Assembly (NCBI GenBank): GCA_947630675.1
Contig: CANRIN010000002.1
Span: 1,531-65,530, forward strand
DNA from: an uncultured Clostridia bacterium
GTDB taxonomy: Bacteria; Bacillota; Clostridia; Oscillospirales; JAAYOS01
Direction of reading: 5' to 3'
DNA: 64,000 bases
Shown here one piece after another: positions 1-10,171 of this stretch; positions within the stretch are counted from its first letter, which is position 1, and each line of letters starts with the position of its first letter. The notes beneath the pieces were generated by a model. The model was not told where the DNA came from. It did not search any database and worked only from the letters and a program-made list of their open reading frames with translations. The position numbers and the translations under genes were made by a program.

Positions 1-1
1 T

Positions 2-694
2 ACGACGGCGCACGGCGAGAGCGGCGCCGCGATATCCGCGGCGCGGGTCACCTACACCCCGGACGGAGTGGAGTTCGTGGCGCGGCGCGGCGGTGAACAG
101 GCGCACGTCAAGCTCGCGATACCCGGGGAGTTCTCGGTACACAACGCACTCACGGCGCTCGGCTGCGCCGCCGCGCTCGGTATATCCCTCGAGGATGCGG
201 CGCGCGCGCTCGGAGAGTTCGGAGGCGTCAAGGGACGCGCGGAGCTCGTGACGACGCCCACCGATTACTCGGTCGTCATCGACTACGCGCACACGCCGGA
301 CGGGATAGAGAACATCCTGCGCGCGCTCCGACCCACGACGAAGGGACGGCTGATAATAGTCTTTGGCTGCGGCGGCGACCGCGACCGCACGAAGCGTCCC
401 ATAATGGGCGACATGGCGGAGAGACTTGCGGACTTCTGCGTCGTCACCTCGGACAATCCGAGGAGCGAGGTGCCGGAGGCGATAATCGAAGACATCGTCG
501 CGGGCATGAAGCAGCCCGAGAAGCGCGTCGTGATACCCGACCGCCGCGAGGCGATAGCGTGGGCGCTCGGCGCGGCGAAGAAGGGCGACGTCGTCCTGCT
601 CGCGGGCAAGGGTCAGGAGACCTATCAGGAGATAATGGGAGAGAGAAGGCACCTCGACGAAAGGGAAGTCGTCGCGGAGTATTTCGCAAAATAA
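2..694 (+). CDS. murE: UDP-N-acetylmuramoyl-L-alanyl-D-glutamate--2,6-diaminopimelate ligase, C-terminal part (5' end lies outside the window)
   Basis: The frame of ORF 68..694 stays open to the window edge. Mur-ligase C-terminal motifs are present: DYAHTPD, GCGGDRDRTKRP, SDNPRSE, LAGKGQETYQ. It heads a dcw cluster. Confidence 0.9.
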   Translation, partial: TTAHGESGAAISAARVTYTPDGVEFVARRGGEQAHVKLAIPGEFSVHNALTALGCAAALGISLEDAARALGEFGGVKGRAELVTTPTDYSVVIDYAHTPDGIENILRALRPTTKGRLIIVFGCGGDRDRTKRPIMGDMAERLADFCVVTSDNPRSEVPEAIIEDIVAGMKQPEKRVVIPDRREAIAWALGAAKKGDVVLLAGKGQETYQEIMGERRHLDEREVVAEYFAK

Positions 695-748
695 GAGGTC
701 CGGCCGCGGGACGGCGTTTCGCGGCGGGAGGTACGGGAGGATAACGGG

Positions 749-1762
749 ATGGAAAGCGTGATGAAGATAACGGCGGCGGCAAGCCCGATAGTCGGGTTCA
801 TAGTCGCATTGGTCGTGGGAAAGTTTTTCATACCTTTCATGCGGAAAAAGCACTTCGGGCAGGAGATACGCGAGGACGGCCCGCGCTGGCACATGTCGAA
901 GGCGGGCACGCCGACGATGGGCGGCGTGATGTTCATAGCGGCGTCCGCAGTCACGGTCGCGGCGGCGACGATAGCCTCGCTCGTCTCCGGCGGAGGAAAT
1001 GCGGAACTGCCGGCGGTGGTATTCCTGTTTGCGCTCGGCTTCGGCGTCATAGGCTTCCTGGACGACTTCGTGAAGGTCGCAAAGCACCGCAACCTCGGCC
1101 TCACGGTGATACAGAAGCTGGTGCTCCAGGTCGCGTGGTCGCTCGCATACGTCAGCTATCTGCGGCTCGCGGGCATGCTCACGCCGAATGTCTACATACC
1201 CTTCGCGGGCGTGACGATACCGATAGACTGGACGCTCTACATGGTCCTCGCGGTGCTCGCGATAGTGGCGACGGTGAACGCCGTCAACTTCACCGACGGC
1301 GTGGACGGTCTGCTCGGCACGGTGTCGCTGCCGGTGATGGTGTTCTTTGCCGTGCTCGGTGTGATGCGCGAAAGCTTCGGCGTGAGCGCCGTGGCGGCGG
1401 GCGTCACCGGCGGGATAGCGGGCTTTCTCGTATACAACTTCAACCCGGCAAAGATATTCATGGGCGACACGGGGTCGCTCTTCCTCGGCGGTATGGTCTG
1501 CGCGCTCGCGTTCGCGTGCGACGCGCCTCTCGCTATACCGATAGTCGGGCTCATCTACGTTATAGAGATACTTTCGGTCGTGCTTCAGGTGGTATACTTC
1601 AAGGCGACGCACGGCAAGAGGCTCTTCAGAATGGCGCCTATACATCACCACTTCGAGATGGGCGGCTGGTCGGAAAAGAAGCTCTGCCTCGTGTTCGGCC
1701 TTGTGACGGTCGTGATGTGTGCCGTCGCGTACCTCGGCATGGGCGGCCTGCACACGGTCTGA
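749..1762 (+). CDS. mraY: phospho-N-acetylmuramoyl-pentapeptide transferase
   Basis: 337 aa polytopic membrane protein with MraY motifs (NAVNFTDGVDGL, IFMGDTGSL, PIHHHFE). GGGAGG lies 8 nt upstream of the ATG. Confidence 0.95.
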   Translation: MESVMKITAAASPIVGFIVALVVGKFFIPFMRKKHFGQEIREDGPRWHMSKAGTPTMGGVMFIAASAVTVAAATIASLVSGGGNAELPAVVFLFALGFGVIGFLDDFVKVAKHRNLGLTVIQKLVLQVAWSLAYVSYLRLAGMLTPNVYIPFAGVTIPIDWTLYMVLAVLAIVATVNAVNFTDGVDGLLGTVSLPVMVFFAVLGVMRESFGVSAVAAGVTGGIAGFLVYNFNPAKIFMGDTGSLFLGGMVCALAFACDAPLAIPIVGLIYVIEILSVVLQVVYFKATHGKRLFRMAPIHHHFEMGGWSEKKLCLVFGLVTVVMCAVAYLGMGGLHTV

Positions 1763-1834
1763 CGGAGCGCGGACGGTCCGCGCCCGGTACGGCGGCAGGG
1801 AACACGGTAAAAATCCAACGATTCGGGAGGCACT

Positions 1835-3001
1835 ATGCAGTCTACGGATACTTTGAACGAAAAGAAGAAAAAATCGAAGACAGCGCGTCCCGAACGGGTG
1901 ATGAGGCCGATGGACCTCCCGTTCCTGCTGCTCGTGATACTTCTGCTGTCGATAGGAACAATAATGATGTTCTCGGCGAGCTACGCCTCCGCATACTACA
2001 AGGAGTCGAGCTCGGCGCACTTCCTGATAAGGCAGGGCGCGGTCGGCGTCGCCGGCGTCGCGCTGATGCTCTTCATCAGCAGGATGAACTACCAGAGCTT
2101 CCGTATGCTGAGCTTCGGCGCACTCGCCGTCGCGGTAGTGCTGCTCGGACTGGTGCTCATCCCCGGCATCGGCAAGAAGGGCGGCGGCGCCACGCGGTGG
2201 CTGCACTTCGGCCCGATAAGCGTTCAGCCGAGCGAGATAGCGAAGCTCGCCATAATAATGACGTTTGCGACGATGGCCTCCGCCTTCCGCGAGAAGATGA
2301 AGACCTTCCGCTACGGCATACTCCCGTTTGCCGGCATACTCGCGGTGATATGCGGACTGATGGCGGCACAGCCGCACATCTCGGGAATGATACTCATAGC
2401 CGTCGTCGGCGGAACGCTGATGTTCGTAGGCGGCGTCCACTGGGGATGGTTCGCGGCGGTCGGCGCGATAGGCATAGTCGGGATATGGTTCATAATGACT
2501 AACATGAGCCACTCGATAGCGCGTCTTCAGATATGGCAGGACCCGTGGTCGGACGCGCAGGGGGACGGCTACCAGATAATCCAGTCGCTCTACGCCGTCG
2601 GCTCGGGCGGACTGCTCGGCCTCGGCATAGGCAAGAGCCGTCAGAAGTACCTCTACCTGCCGGAGCAGCAGAACGACTTCGTGTTTGCGATAATCTGCGA
2701 GGAGCTGGGGTTCGTCGGCGCGTGCGTCGTGCTCGTGCTCTTTGCCCTGCTCGTCATTCGCGGCTACTGGATAGCGGTAAAGGCGCGCGACAGATTCGGG
2801 TCGCTCCTTGCCGCCGGCGTCACGACGCTCTTTGGCGTGCAGGTGTTCCTCAATATCGCGGTCGTGACAAACCTCATACCCACCACCGGCGTGAGCCTGC
2901 CGTTCTTCAGTTACGGAGGCAGCGCGCTGCTCATTCAGCTCGTGGAGATGGGCATAGTCCTCAGTGTGTCACGGCAGATCCCCGCACAGCGGTCGGGCTG
3001 A
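1835..3001 (+). CDS. ftsW: SEDS-family peptidoglycan glycosyltransferase (FtsW/SpoVE type)
   Basis: 388 aa, multi-TM, with motifs QPSEIAKL, SLPFFSYGGSALL and NDFVFAIICEELG. Located between mraY and murG. Confidence 0.9.
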   Translation: MQSTDTLNEKKKKSKTARPERVMRPMDLPFLLLVILLLSIGTIMMFSASYASAYYKESSSAHFLIRQGAVGVAGVALMLFISRMNYQSFRMLSFGALAVAVVLLGLVLIPGIGKKGGGATRWLHFGPISVQPSEIAKLAIIMTFATMASAFREKMKTFRYGILPFAGILAVICGLMAAQPHISGMILIAVVGGTLMFVGGVHWGWFAAVGAIGIVGIWFIMTNMSHSIARLQIWQDPWSDAQGDGYQIIQSLYAVGSGGLLGLGIGKSRQKYLYLPEQQNDFVFAIICEELGFVGACVVLVLFALLVIRGYWIAVKARDRFGSLLAAGVTTLFGVQVFLNIAVVTNLIPTTGVSLPFFSYGGSALLIQLVEMGIVLSVSRQIPAQRSG

Positions 3002-3012
3002 GGAGGCGGAGC

Positions 3013-4146
3013 ATGAGAGTTATCTTTACCTGCGGCGGCACGGCGGGGCACATCAACCCGGCCATAGCCGTCGCCCGGATGGTCCTCGAGCGGCGTCCGT
3101 CGAGCGAGGTTTTGTTCGTGGGGGCTCAGGGCGCCATGGAGACGCAGCTTGTGCCGCGCGAGGGCTTCCACATCGAGACGGTGCGGATAGGTTCGTTTGC
3201 GCGGGGACTGAGCCCGGCGGCGATAAAGCACAACACGGAGGTCTTCTTCATGCGCCGAAAGGCGCTGAAGCGGGCAAAGGAGATAATAACGTCGTTTAAG
3301 CCGGACGTCGTGGTCGGCACCGGCGGGTTTGCAAGCTATCCCGCGGTAGCGGCGGCTCAGAAGCTCGGCATCCCGACGGCGATACATGAGTCGAACGTGA
3401 AGCCGGGTCTCACCACCTCGGTGCTCGCAAAGCACGCGGACAGGATAATGGTCGGCTTTGCCGAGGCAGCACGGCACTACAAGGAACCGGAGCGGACGGT
3501 CGTCACCGGCACGCCGGTGCGCGAGGAGTTCATCTTCGGCAGCCGCGAGCGGGCGCGCGCCGCGATGGGGATACCGCAGGACGAAAAGGTGGTCGTCAGC
3601 TACTGGGGAAGCCTCGGAGCGCGGGAGATGAACCGCACGATCGCAAATGTCATGCGCCTCGAGTGCGAGGACGGCGCTAGGTTCCGCCACATCCACTCCA
3701 CCGGCAGCTTCGGCTGGAAGTGGATGCCCGACCTCCTCAGGGAGATGGGCATCGACCTCGACCGTCAGCCTCAGATAGACATGCGGGAGTATATCTACAA
3801 CATGCCGGAGGCGGCGTGCGCCGCCGACCTGATGGTATGCCGGGGCGGCGCAAGCACCCTGAGCGAGCTTATTGCGGCGGCGAAGCCGGCGGTGATAATC
3901 CCCTCCCCGAATGTGGCGGAAAATCACCAGGAGGCGAATGCGAGAGCGCTGGAGCGCGCGGGCGGCGCGGTCGTGATAGTCGAAAATGACTGTACGCCCG
4001 AGCTGCTTTACCGAACGATAAAGGAACTTCTCGACGACCCGCCCCGCCTCGCGCGGATGAGCGCGGCGCTGCGGGAGATGGCCGTCCTCGACGCGGCGTC
4101 GAGGATATACGACACTATATGCGGGCTTGCGGACGGGGAGCGGTGA
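3013..4146 (+). CDS. murG: UDP-N-acetylglucosamine--N-acetylmuramyl-(pentapeptide) pyrophosphoryl-undecaprenol GlcNAc transferase
   Basis: Internal ATG of ORF 2533..4146, preceded by GAGGAGGCGGAGC. N-terminus MRVIFTCGGTAGHINPAIAV is the MurG glycine-rich motif. The upstream ORF extension overlaps ftsW and is not credible. Confidence 0.93.
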   Translation: MRVIFTCGGTAGHINPAIAVARMVLERRPSSEVLFVGAQGAMETQLVPREGFHIETVRIGSFARGLSPAAIKHNTEVFFMRRKALKRAKEIITSFKPDVVVGTGGFASYPAVAAAQKLGIPTAIHESNVKPGLTTSVLAKHADRIMVGFAEAARHYKEPERTVVTGTPVREEFIFGSRERARAAMGIPQDEKVVVSYWGSLGAREMNRTIANVMRLECEDGARFRHIHSTGSFGWKWMPDLLREMGIDLDRQPQIDMREYIYNMPEAACAADLMVCRGGASTLSELIAAAKPAVIIPSPNVAENHQEANARALERAGGAVVIVENDCTPELLYRTIKELLDDPPRLARMSAALREMAVLDAASRIYDTICGLADGER

Positions 4147-4268
4147 AGCATCGACTCCGCGCCGCGGGGTCTGAGGCGCGGCTCTGCCGGCCGTATTCAC
4201 CGTCTGTACTCTGAAAGAATAGTATGGTGCGGACGAAAGACCAAACCATTGTTCAATCGGAGGCGGAT

Positions 4269-5519
4269 ATGGGCACGCTAATTATCGACGGAGGAAAGAA
4301 GCTGTACGGCAGCGTGCGCGTACACGGCGCAAAGAACAGCGCGCTGCCGATACTTGCCGCCTGTGTATTAACGGACGGCGAATGTGTTCTGGAGGACTGC
4401 CCCGCTCTGCGGGACGTTGAGGCGACGGGGAGGATACTTTCACGCCTCGGAGCCGAGGTGCGGCGGGACGGAGACACCCTTGCGGTGCGCGCGGGGGACA
4501 TCGTCCGGCAGGACATACCGGACGCACAGATGCGGGAGATGCGCTCCTCGGTGACGTTTCTCGGCGCGCTCGCCGCGCGCTGCGGATACGCGAAGGTGAG
4601 CAGGCCGGGCGGATGCGAGCTCGGAGCGAGACCGATAGACCTCCACCTCGCGGGACTCCGGGCGCTCGGCGCGGAGATAGACGAGTCGGGCGGAAGGATA
4701 TGCTGCCGCGCGGAGAATATGCGCGGCGCGGACGTGACGCTGGCGTTCCCGAGCGTCGGCGCGACGGAGAACATCATGCTCGCCGCGACTGCGGCGAAGG
4801 GCAGGACGCGGATATTCAACCCGGCGCGCGAGCCGGAGATAGTCGATCTTCAGAATTTTCTGTGTGCGCTCGGCGCGGATGTGCGCGGCGCGGGCGGAAT
4901 GACTGTCGAGATAGAGGGAGGCTGTCCGCTGCACGGCGCGCGGCACAGGGTCATACCCGACCGGATAGTCGCGGCTACATACATGGCGGCAGTCGCCGCC
5001 GCAGGCGGCGCGGTACTCGTCGAGAACGCGCGGCCGGAGCAGGTGAGCGCCGTCAGCGCGGTGCTCCGCGAGGCCGGCGCGGACGTGTGCGAGCAGGGGA
5101 GCGTCATACAGGTGTCCGCCGCGAGGCGGCTCGCGGCGGTCCGGCCGATAAAGACGCAGCCCTATCCGGGATTTCCCACCGATGCTCAGTCGATAATGAT
5201 GAGCGTCATGGCGACGGCTCGCGGCGCGACGATGTTCGTAGAGAACATCTTCGAGAGCAGGTACCGCCACGCGGGGGAGCTCATGCGTATGGGCGCTGAG
5301 ATACGCGTGGAGGGCAGGGTCGCGCTCGTGCAGGGCGTGGAACGCCTTGCCGGGGCGGAGGTACACGCCACCGACCTTCGCGGCGGTGCCGGGCTCGTAG
5401 TCGCGGCGCTCGGCGCGGAGGGACGCACCCGTATCGGCAGCACCGAGTACATCGAGCGGGGATATTTCGGCCTGGAGGAGACGCTCCGTTCGCTCGGAGC
5501 GGACATAAGCCGGGAATAA
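4269..5519 (+). CDS. murA: UDP-N-acetylglucosamine 1-carboxyvinyltransferase
   Basis: Start at Met16 of the ORF, with GGAGG 5 nt upstream. Motifs GAKNSALPILAA, RPIDLHL and FPTDAQ are typical of MurA. Confidence 0.93.
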   Translation: MGTLIIDGGKKLYGSVRVHGAKNSALPILAACVLTDGECVLEDCPALRDVEATGRILSRLGAEVRRDGDTLAVRAGDIVRQDIPDAQMREMRSSVTFLGALAARCGYAKVSRPGGCELGARPIDLHLAGLRALGAEIDESGGRICCRAENMRGADVTLAFPSVGATENIMLAATAAKGRTRIFNPAREPEIVDLQNFLCALGADVRGAGGMTVEIEGGCPLHGARHRVIPDRIVAATYMAAVAAAGGAVLVENARPEQVSAVSAVLREAGADVCEQGSVIQVSAARRLAAVRPIKTQPYPGFPTDAQSIMMSVMATARGATMFVENIFESRYRHAGELMRMGAEIRVEGRVALVQGVERLAGAEVHATDLRGGAGLVVAALGAEGRTRIGSTEYIERGYFGLEETLRSLGADISRE

Positions 5520-5541
5520 AGGTACAGAAGGACGTTTTGAG

Positions 5542-6321
5542 ATGCCGAGAAGAAGGAGACAACCGAGAAGGAGAAGCACAGGCGGACGGGGAGCACCCGG
5601 CTGCCTGTCGGTGCTCTTCCTCGTCGCGGTGATAGCGGCGGTGACGGCGGCGGCGATATTCATATTCTTCAAGATGAAGCACATCGAGGTCGACGGCATC
5701 GAGCACTACAAGGATACGGACATAATCGCCGCATCCGGCGCGGAGACAGGCTCAAACCTCGTGTTCATAAACAAGCACGCAATGACCATGGGGATAACCT
5801 CCGCCCTTCCGTATGTGGACGAGGTGAAGATAACCCGCCGCCTGCCGGACACGCTCGTGATAACCGTCACCGAGACGAAGGCCGCGGCGTACTTCACCGG
5901 GACCGGGGATTTCTGGCTCTGCGACGCCGAGGGTAAGCTGCTCGAACGCGTAACGGAGGAGCCGTCCGGGCTCATACGGGTGGACGGTGTGCAGCCGGTG
6001 ACGCCGCTCGAGGGGAGCATGGCCGAGCTCGGCGAGGAGGGCGAGCTTCGCCTTCAGACCTACGTCGACACACTCGCCGCGCTGGAGCGCTCCGGACTGC
6101 TCCGCGATGTGGAGGAGATAGACCTGTCCGGGCTGTACGACGTGTCGATAGAGCTCGGAGGGCGCTTCGATGTCGACTTCGGCGCGCCGGAGGATCTGGA
6201 CTATAAGATAGAATATCTGCGCGAAATAGTGCAGAACAAACTGGGCCCGAATCAGAAGGGGAGCATCGACCTCAGCCGCCTTATTGAGAAGGGAGAGGCA
6301 AGGTTCCTCGAGGAGTTCTGA
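5542..6321 (+). CDS. ftsQ: cell division protein FtsQ/DivIB (N-terminal TM anchor plus POTRA-like region)
   Basis: 259 aa. Basic N-terminus, then one TM helix (LSVLFLVAVIAAVTAAAIFIFF), then HIEVDGIEHY...ITRRLPDTLVITVTE, typical of POTRA/FtsQ. Lies immediately upstream of ftsZ. Confidence 0.8.
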   Translation: MPRRRRQPRRRSTGGRGAPGCLSVLFLVAVIAAVTAAAIFIFFKMKHIEVDGIEHYKDTDIIAASGAETGSNLVFINKHAMTMGITSALPYVDEVKITRRLPDTLVITVTETKAAAYFTGTGDFWLCDAEGKLLERVTEEPSGLIRVDGVQPVTPLEGSMAELGEEGELRLQTYVDTLAALERSGLLRDVEEIDLSGLYDVSIELGGRFDVDFGAPEDLDYKIEYLREIVQNKLGPNQKGSIDLSRLIEKGEARFLEEF

Positions 6322-6358
6322 AAAATCGCTTATTTTTAGGAAAATGCGCGCTCGGCTC

Positions 6359-6387
6359 TTGACCTGCGTGGAAAAACGCGATAAAAT
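6359..6387 (+). promoter_or_regulatory. sigma-A type promoter upstream of ftsZ
   Basis: TTGACC (6359..6364), 17-nt spacer, TAAAAT (6382..6387). Confidence 0.5.
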
Positions 6388-6485
6388 ATAGTATACCTGT
6401 GAGTATATGCTGTACAATACCTTGTGTATGTCACGTTAAGGCAGATATTGCCGGATAAAAAAGTTCTTTGGGGAGGAAGTTTAAA

Positions 6486-7613
6486 ATGGGTATGACTTTC
6501 GACATGGATACCGGAGTAGAGGCCGGCGTCGTCATAAAAGTTCTGGGCGTTGGCGGCGGCGGCTGCAACGTCGTAAACCGCATGATAAATTCCGGGATGC
6601 ACGGCGTGGAGTTCATAGCCGTCAACACCGATATACAGGCTCTTAAAGGTTCCTCCGCCACCGAGAAGATACAGATAGGCGAAAAGCTCACCCACGGCCG
6701 CGGTGCGGGCTCCAACCCCGAGGTCGGCCGCAAGAGCGCCGAGGAGAGCCGCGCGCAGATAGCCAAGGCTCTCGAGGGCACGAACATGGTGTTCATCACC
6801 GCCGGAATGGGCGGCGGCACCGGCACCGGCGCCGCGCCGATAATTGCGGATATCGCCCGCGAGATGGGCATACTTACCGTCGGCGTCGTGACGCGCCCCT
6901 TCGCTTTTGAGGGCATGCGCCGCAGGAACCAGGCAAACGCCGGCATCGACGAGCTGCACGAGCGGGTCGACTCGCTCGTGGTCATCCCCAACGACCGCCT
7001 CCAGCACGTCAGCGAGAAGGAGATAACCTTCCTCAACGCCTTTGAGATAGCGGACGATGTGCTGCGTCAGGCCGTCCAGAGCATATCCGACCTCATCAAG
7101 GTCACCGGCCTCATAAACCTCGACTTTGCGGACGTCCAGAGCGTCATGGAGAACGCGGGATTTGCGCACATGGGCGTGGGCAGGGCCTCCGGCAAGAACA
7201 AGGCCGAGGAGGCGGCGCGCATCGCCATAGAGAGCCCGCTGCTCGAGACCTCGATAAACGGCGCGCGCGGCGTGATACTCAACATCACCGGCTCCACCGC
7301 CCTCCGCCTCGAGGATGTCACCACCGCCGCAAGCATGGTCCAGTCCGCCGTCAGCGAGGACTGCAACATCATCTTCGGCGCGGGCTTTGACGACTCGCTC
7401 GACGATGAGATCCGCATAACCGTCATAGCCACGAACTTTGTGGACGGCTCCGGCGTGAGCCATCAGGAGGCGACGAAGGCCGCAGAGCCCGCCGCCGCGC
7501 AGGATGCTCCCGCCGCCGCGCCTGCGGACGGCGGCAAGGACGCCGAGGACGACGACTGGGACCTCCTCAAGAAGATATTCGAGCAAAAGGACCGCGAGAG
7601 GGGCAAGTTCTGA
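6486..7613 (+). CDS. ftsZ: cell division GTPase FtsZ
   Basis: ATG at 6486 follows GGGGAGGAAG. Tubulin signature [13 protein letters not shown] and [10 protein letters not shown] are present. Acidic C-terminal tail. Confidence 0.97.
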   Translation: MGMTFDMDTGVEAGVVIKVLGVGGGGCNVVNRMINSGMHGVEFIAVNTDIQALKGSSATEKIQIGEKLTHGRGAGSNPEVGRKSAEESRAQIAKALEGTNMVFITAGMGGGTGTGAAPIIADIAREMGILTVGVVTRPFAFEGMRRRNQANAGIDELHERVDSLVVIPNDRLQHVSEKEITFLNAFEIADDVLRQAVQSISDLIKVTGLINLDFADVQSVMENAGFAHMGVGRASGKNKAEEAARIAIESPLLETSINGARGVILNITGSTALRLEDVTTAASMVQSAVSEDCNIIFGAGFDDSLDDEIRITVIATNFVDGSGVSHQEATKAAEPAAAQDAPAAAPADGGKDAEDDDWDLLKKIFEQKDRERGKF

Positions 7614-7654
7614 GCCGAGGCTTCCCGGGCCGATACATTTCGATACGTTTTGAG

Positions 7655-7692
7655 AAAAAACATCCCGCTCCGAGAGGAGCGGGATGTTTTTT
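7655..7692. terminator. bidirectional intrinsic terminator between ftsZ (+) and the IlvD/Edd gene (-)
   Basis: AAAAAA-CATCCCGCTCC-GAGA-GGAGCGGGATG-TTTTTT: an 11-bp perfect stem flanked by an A-run and a T-run. Confidence 0.85.
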
Positions 7693-7704
7693 GCTGCTTT
7701 ATGT

Positions 7705-9450
7705 TCAGTCGTCAAATTCGAGATACGCGCCCTTCATCGGGCTTGCGGCGTGCTCGCCGAAGAGGCGGAGCGCGCCGCTCCTGTATTTGCGCGGCTTCGG
7801 CCGCCAGTGTCTCCGGCGCTCCGCGAGCACCGCGTCTATCTCCTCCGCGCTCCGGCGCTCGCCGCCGACGCCGACTATCGCGAGCCGCCGCGCGGAAATG
7901 TCTATCTCGATGAGGTCGCCGTCCTCGACGAGGGCTATCGGACCGCCCGCCTGCGCCTCCGGACTGACATGGCCTATCACCGGGCCGGTCGAAGCGCCGC
8001 TGAAGCGCCCGTCGGTGATGAGCGCTATCGCGCGCCCGAGCTCTGCATCCGAGCTTATCGCCTCGCTTGTGTAGAACATCTCGGGCATACCGCTTGCCTT
8101 CGGACCCTCGTAGCGGATAAAGACCGCGTCGCCTCTCTTGACGCGGTGGTGGAGCACCGCGTCAAGGCACTCCTCCTCGCTGTCGAACGGACGGGCGCGG
8201 AGAACGGCGCGGAACATCTCGCGGGGGCAGGCCGTGTGCTTTATCACGGCGCCCTCCGGCGCGAGGTTCCCACGCAGGACGGCGATGCTGCCGTCCGTGC
8301 CGAGCGGACGCGAGTAGGGGCGGATGATATCCTCGCGCGTGAGGCTGAGGCCGTACCTGCGGTTCGCGTCCTCCAGAAGCTCACGGCATCGGTCGTAGTA
8401 GCCGCAGGAGCGCAGCTCCGCGAGGTTTTCTCCGAGCGTCCTGCCGGTGACGGTGGGCGCGTCGAGGTGCAGGGAGTCCTTTATCTCCTCCATTATCGCG
8501 GGCACGCCGCCGGCATAGCTGAAGAACTCGGCGGGCCAGCGTCCGGCGGGGCGGATGTCGAGCAGCCAATGCGCGCCGCGGTGCAGGCGGTCGAAGGTGT
8601 CGCTGTCTATCTCTATGCCGAGCTCGTGCGCTATGGCGGGAAGGTGCAGCAGGGCATTCGTGCTGCCGGATATGGCGGCGTGGACCATTATCGCATTCTC
8701 GAAGCTCTCGCGCGTGACGATGTCGCGCGGGCGGGTGCCCTCGCGCGCGAGCTCCGCCGCTCGGCGCCCGGCACGGTAGGCGCAGTCGTCTATATCGGGG
8801 CCGGAGGCGGGGAGAAGCGCGCTGCCGGGGAGGGCGAGCCCCAGCGCCTCGGCCATTATCTGCATGGTGGAGGCCGTGCCGATGAAGCTGCACGCGCCGC
8901 AGCCGGGGCAGGCATTCCGCTTGGCCCACTCGAGGCGCGCGGCGTCTATCTCGCCGCGCTCGAACCTTGCGCTGTACATCCCGAGCTGTTCGAGCGTCAG
9001 GAGCTCCGGGCCGGCGCTCATCGTCCCGCCGCAGACGACGACCGACGGGATGTTCACCCGCGCGAGACCCATGAGGTTCCCGGGCAGCCCCTTGTCGCAG
9101 CTCGCAATGAACACGCCCGCGTCGAACGGGGTGGCGTTTGCCTGTATCTCTATCATGTTTGCGATCATCTCGCGGCTTGCGAGGCTGTAGTTTATACCGT
9201 CGGTGCCCTGACTTTCGCCGTCGCACATATCGGTGCAGAAGTACCGCGCGCCGCGCCCTCCCGCGTCTCTTATCCCGCGCAGGACCGCGTCCGTGAGGCG
9301 GTCGAGATGGCAGGAACCGGGGTGACTGTCCCCAAAGGTGCTCTCGACGAATACCTGCGGCAGAGCAAGCTCCTCCGGCGTCCAGCTGGTGCCGAGGCGG
9401 AGCGGGTCGAGCTCCGGAGAGAGGGAGCGCATTTTCTGGCTTGTGAGCAT
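7705..9450 (-). CDS. IlvD/Edd family dehydratase (dihydroxy-acid or sugar-acid dehydratase type)
   Basis: 581 aa with family motifs CDKGLPG, CPGCGACSFIGTASTM and ITDGRFSGAS. GGGAGG RBS. Substrate cannot be assigned from sequence alone. Confidence 0.88.
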   Translation of the reverse strand: MLTSQKMRSLSPELDPLRLGTSWTPEELALPQVFVESTFGDSHPGSCHLDRLTDAVLRGIRDAGGRGARYFCTDMCDGESQGTDGINYSLASREMIANMIEIQANATPFDAGVFIASCDKGLPGNLMGLARVNIPSVVVCGGTMSAGPELLTLEQLGMYSARFERGEIDAARLEWAKRNACPGCGACSFIGTASTMQIMAEALGLALPGSALLPASGPDIDDCAYRAGRRAAELAREGTRPRDIVTRESFENAIMVHAAISGSTNALLHLPAIAHELGIEIDSDTFDRLHRGAHWLLDIRPAGRWPAEFFSYAGGVPAIMEEIKDSLHLDAPTVTGRTLGENLAELRSCGYYDRCRELLEDANRRYGLSLTREDIIRPYSRPLGTDGSIAVLRGNLAPEGAVIKHTACPREMFRAVLRARPFDSEEECLDAVLHHRVKRGDAVFIRYEGPKASGMPEMFYTSEAISSDAELGRAIALITDGRFSGASTGPVIGHVSPEAQAGGPIALVEDGDLIEIDISARRLAIVGVGGERRSAEEIDAVLAERRRHWRPKPRKYRSGALRLFGEHAASPMKGAYLEFDD

Positions 9451-9466
9451 GGTTTCGCCTCCCGGA

Positions 9467-10096
9467 TCACTTTATTCGGAAGCGGAGAGCCATGAGGCTG
9501 TCCGCAAAGTTGACGTTTTCTATGGCAAGACCGCGGTTGTTTTCGGAGAGGTCGGCGCCGGTGAAGTTCCATATCCCGCCGTAGCCGAGCGAGGCGAGGC
9601 GGCTCGCCGCCTCTTCCGCGCCGGAGGCCGGCAGCGTCAGCACCGCGACCGACGGCCGGTAGCGCCGGGTGAACTCCTCCAGCACGTCGAGGGGATAAAC
9701 GCTCACGCCGTGCTGCGAAGTGCCGACTATCGCGGGGTCGACGTCGAACGCGGCAAGCATCCGAAAGCCGCATGCCTCGAAGTCGAAGTTTTTCAGTATC
9801 GCGCGGCCGAGGTTACCCGCGCCGAGCAGCACCGCTCCGCGCGGTTCGCGCACGCCGAGCACCGCGCCGATGCCCTCGCGGAGCGGACGGACGTGGTAGC
9901 CGTAGCCCTGCTGGCCGAAGCCGCCGAAGCGGTTGAGGTCCTGACGTACCTGCGAGGCCGTGAGGCGGAGCGCCTGCGCGAGCTCCTGCGAGCTCGTGCG
10001 CTCGGCGCCCTCGCGCTCGAGCGCTGCAAGGCACCTGTAGTAGCGGGGAAGGCGGCGGATCACCGCCGCCGGGATCTTTGTCTTGCCGTTATCCAT
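9467..10096 (-). CDS. rex: redox-sensing transcriptional repressor Rex
   Basis: 209 aa. IPAAVIRRLPRYYRCL winged-helix N-terminus followed by the Rossmann motif LLGAGNLGRA. Confidence 0.93.
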   Translation of the reverse strand: MDNGKTKIPAAVIRRLPRYYRCLAALEREGAERTSSQELAQALRLTASQVRQDLNRFGGFGQQGYGYHVRPLREGIGAVLGVREPRGAVLLGAGNLGRAILKNFDFEACGFRMLAAFDVDPAIVGTSQHGVSVYPLDVLEEFTRRYRPSVAVLTLPASGAEEAASRLASLGYGGIWNFTGADLSENNRGLAIENVNFADSLMALRFRIK

Positions 10097-10171
10097 ATAT
10101 CATAAGGCCCTTTTCGTATATATTTGTCTCTATGATAGCCTGTTTTCACCGGATTGTCAAATATGATTGAT

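Noticed and set aside
2533-3012. Long N-terminal extensions in the ORF track (murG from 2533, the 28117 gene to 30030, pheS to 39205, rplU to 44039, spoVT to 56827, the IreB-like gene to 35654)
   Set aside because: The extensions overlap upstream genes or leaders, are Arg/Pro-rich and lack an RBS. Internal starts give canonical N-termini preceded by GGAGG-like sites.
7684-9495. 603-aa plus-strand ORF overlapping the IlvD/Edd gene. Similar antisense ORFs lie at 24287..26257, 27988..29784, 36389..38008, 57510..58847, 60061..61626 and 62569..63411.
   Set aside because: Each lies opposite a gene with strong family signatures and a good RBS. Their translations are low-complexity and Arg/Ala/Gly/Val-rich, with no RBS or motifs.
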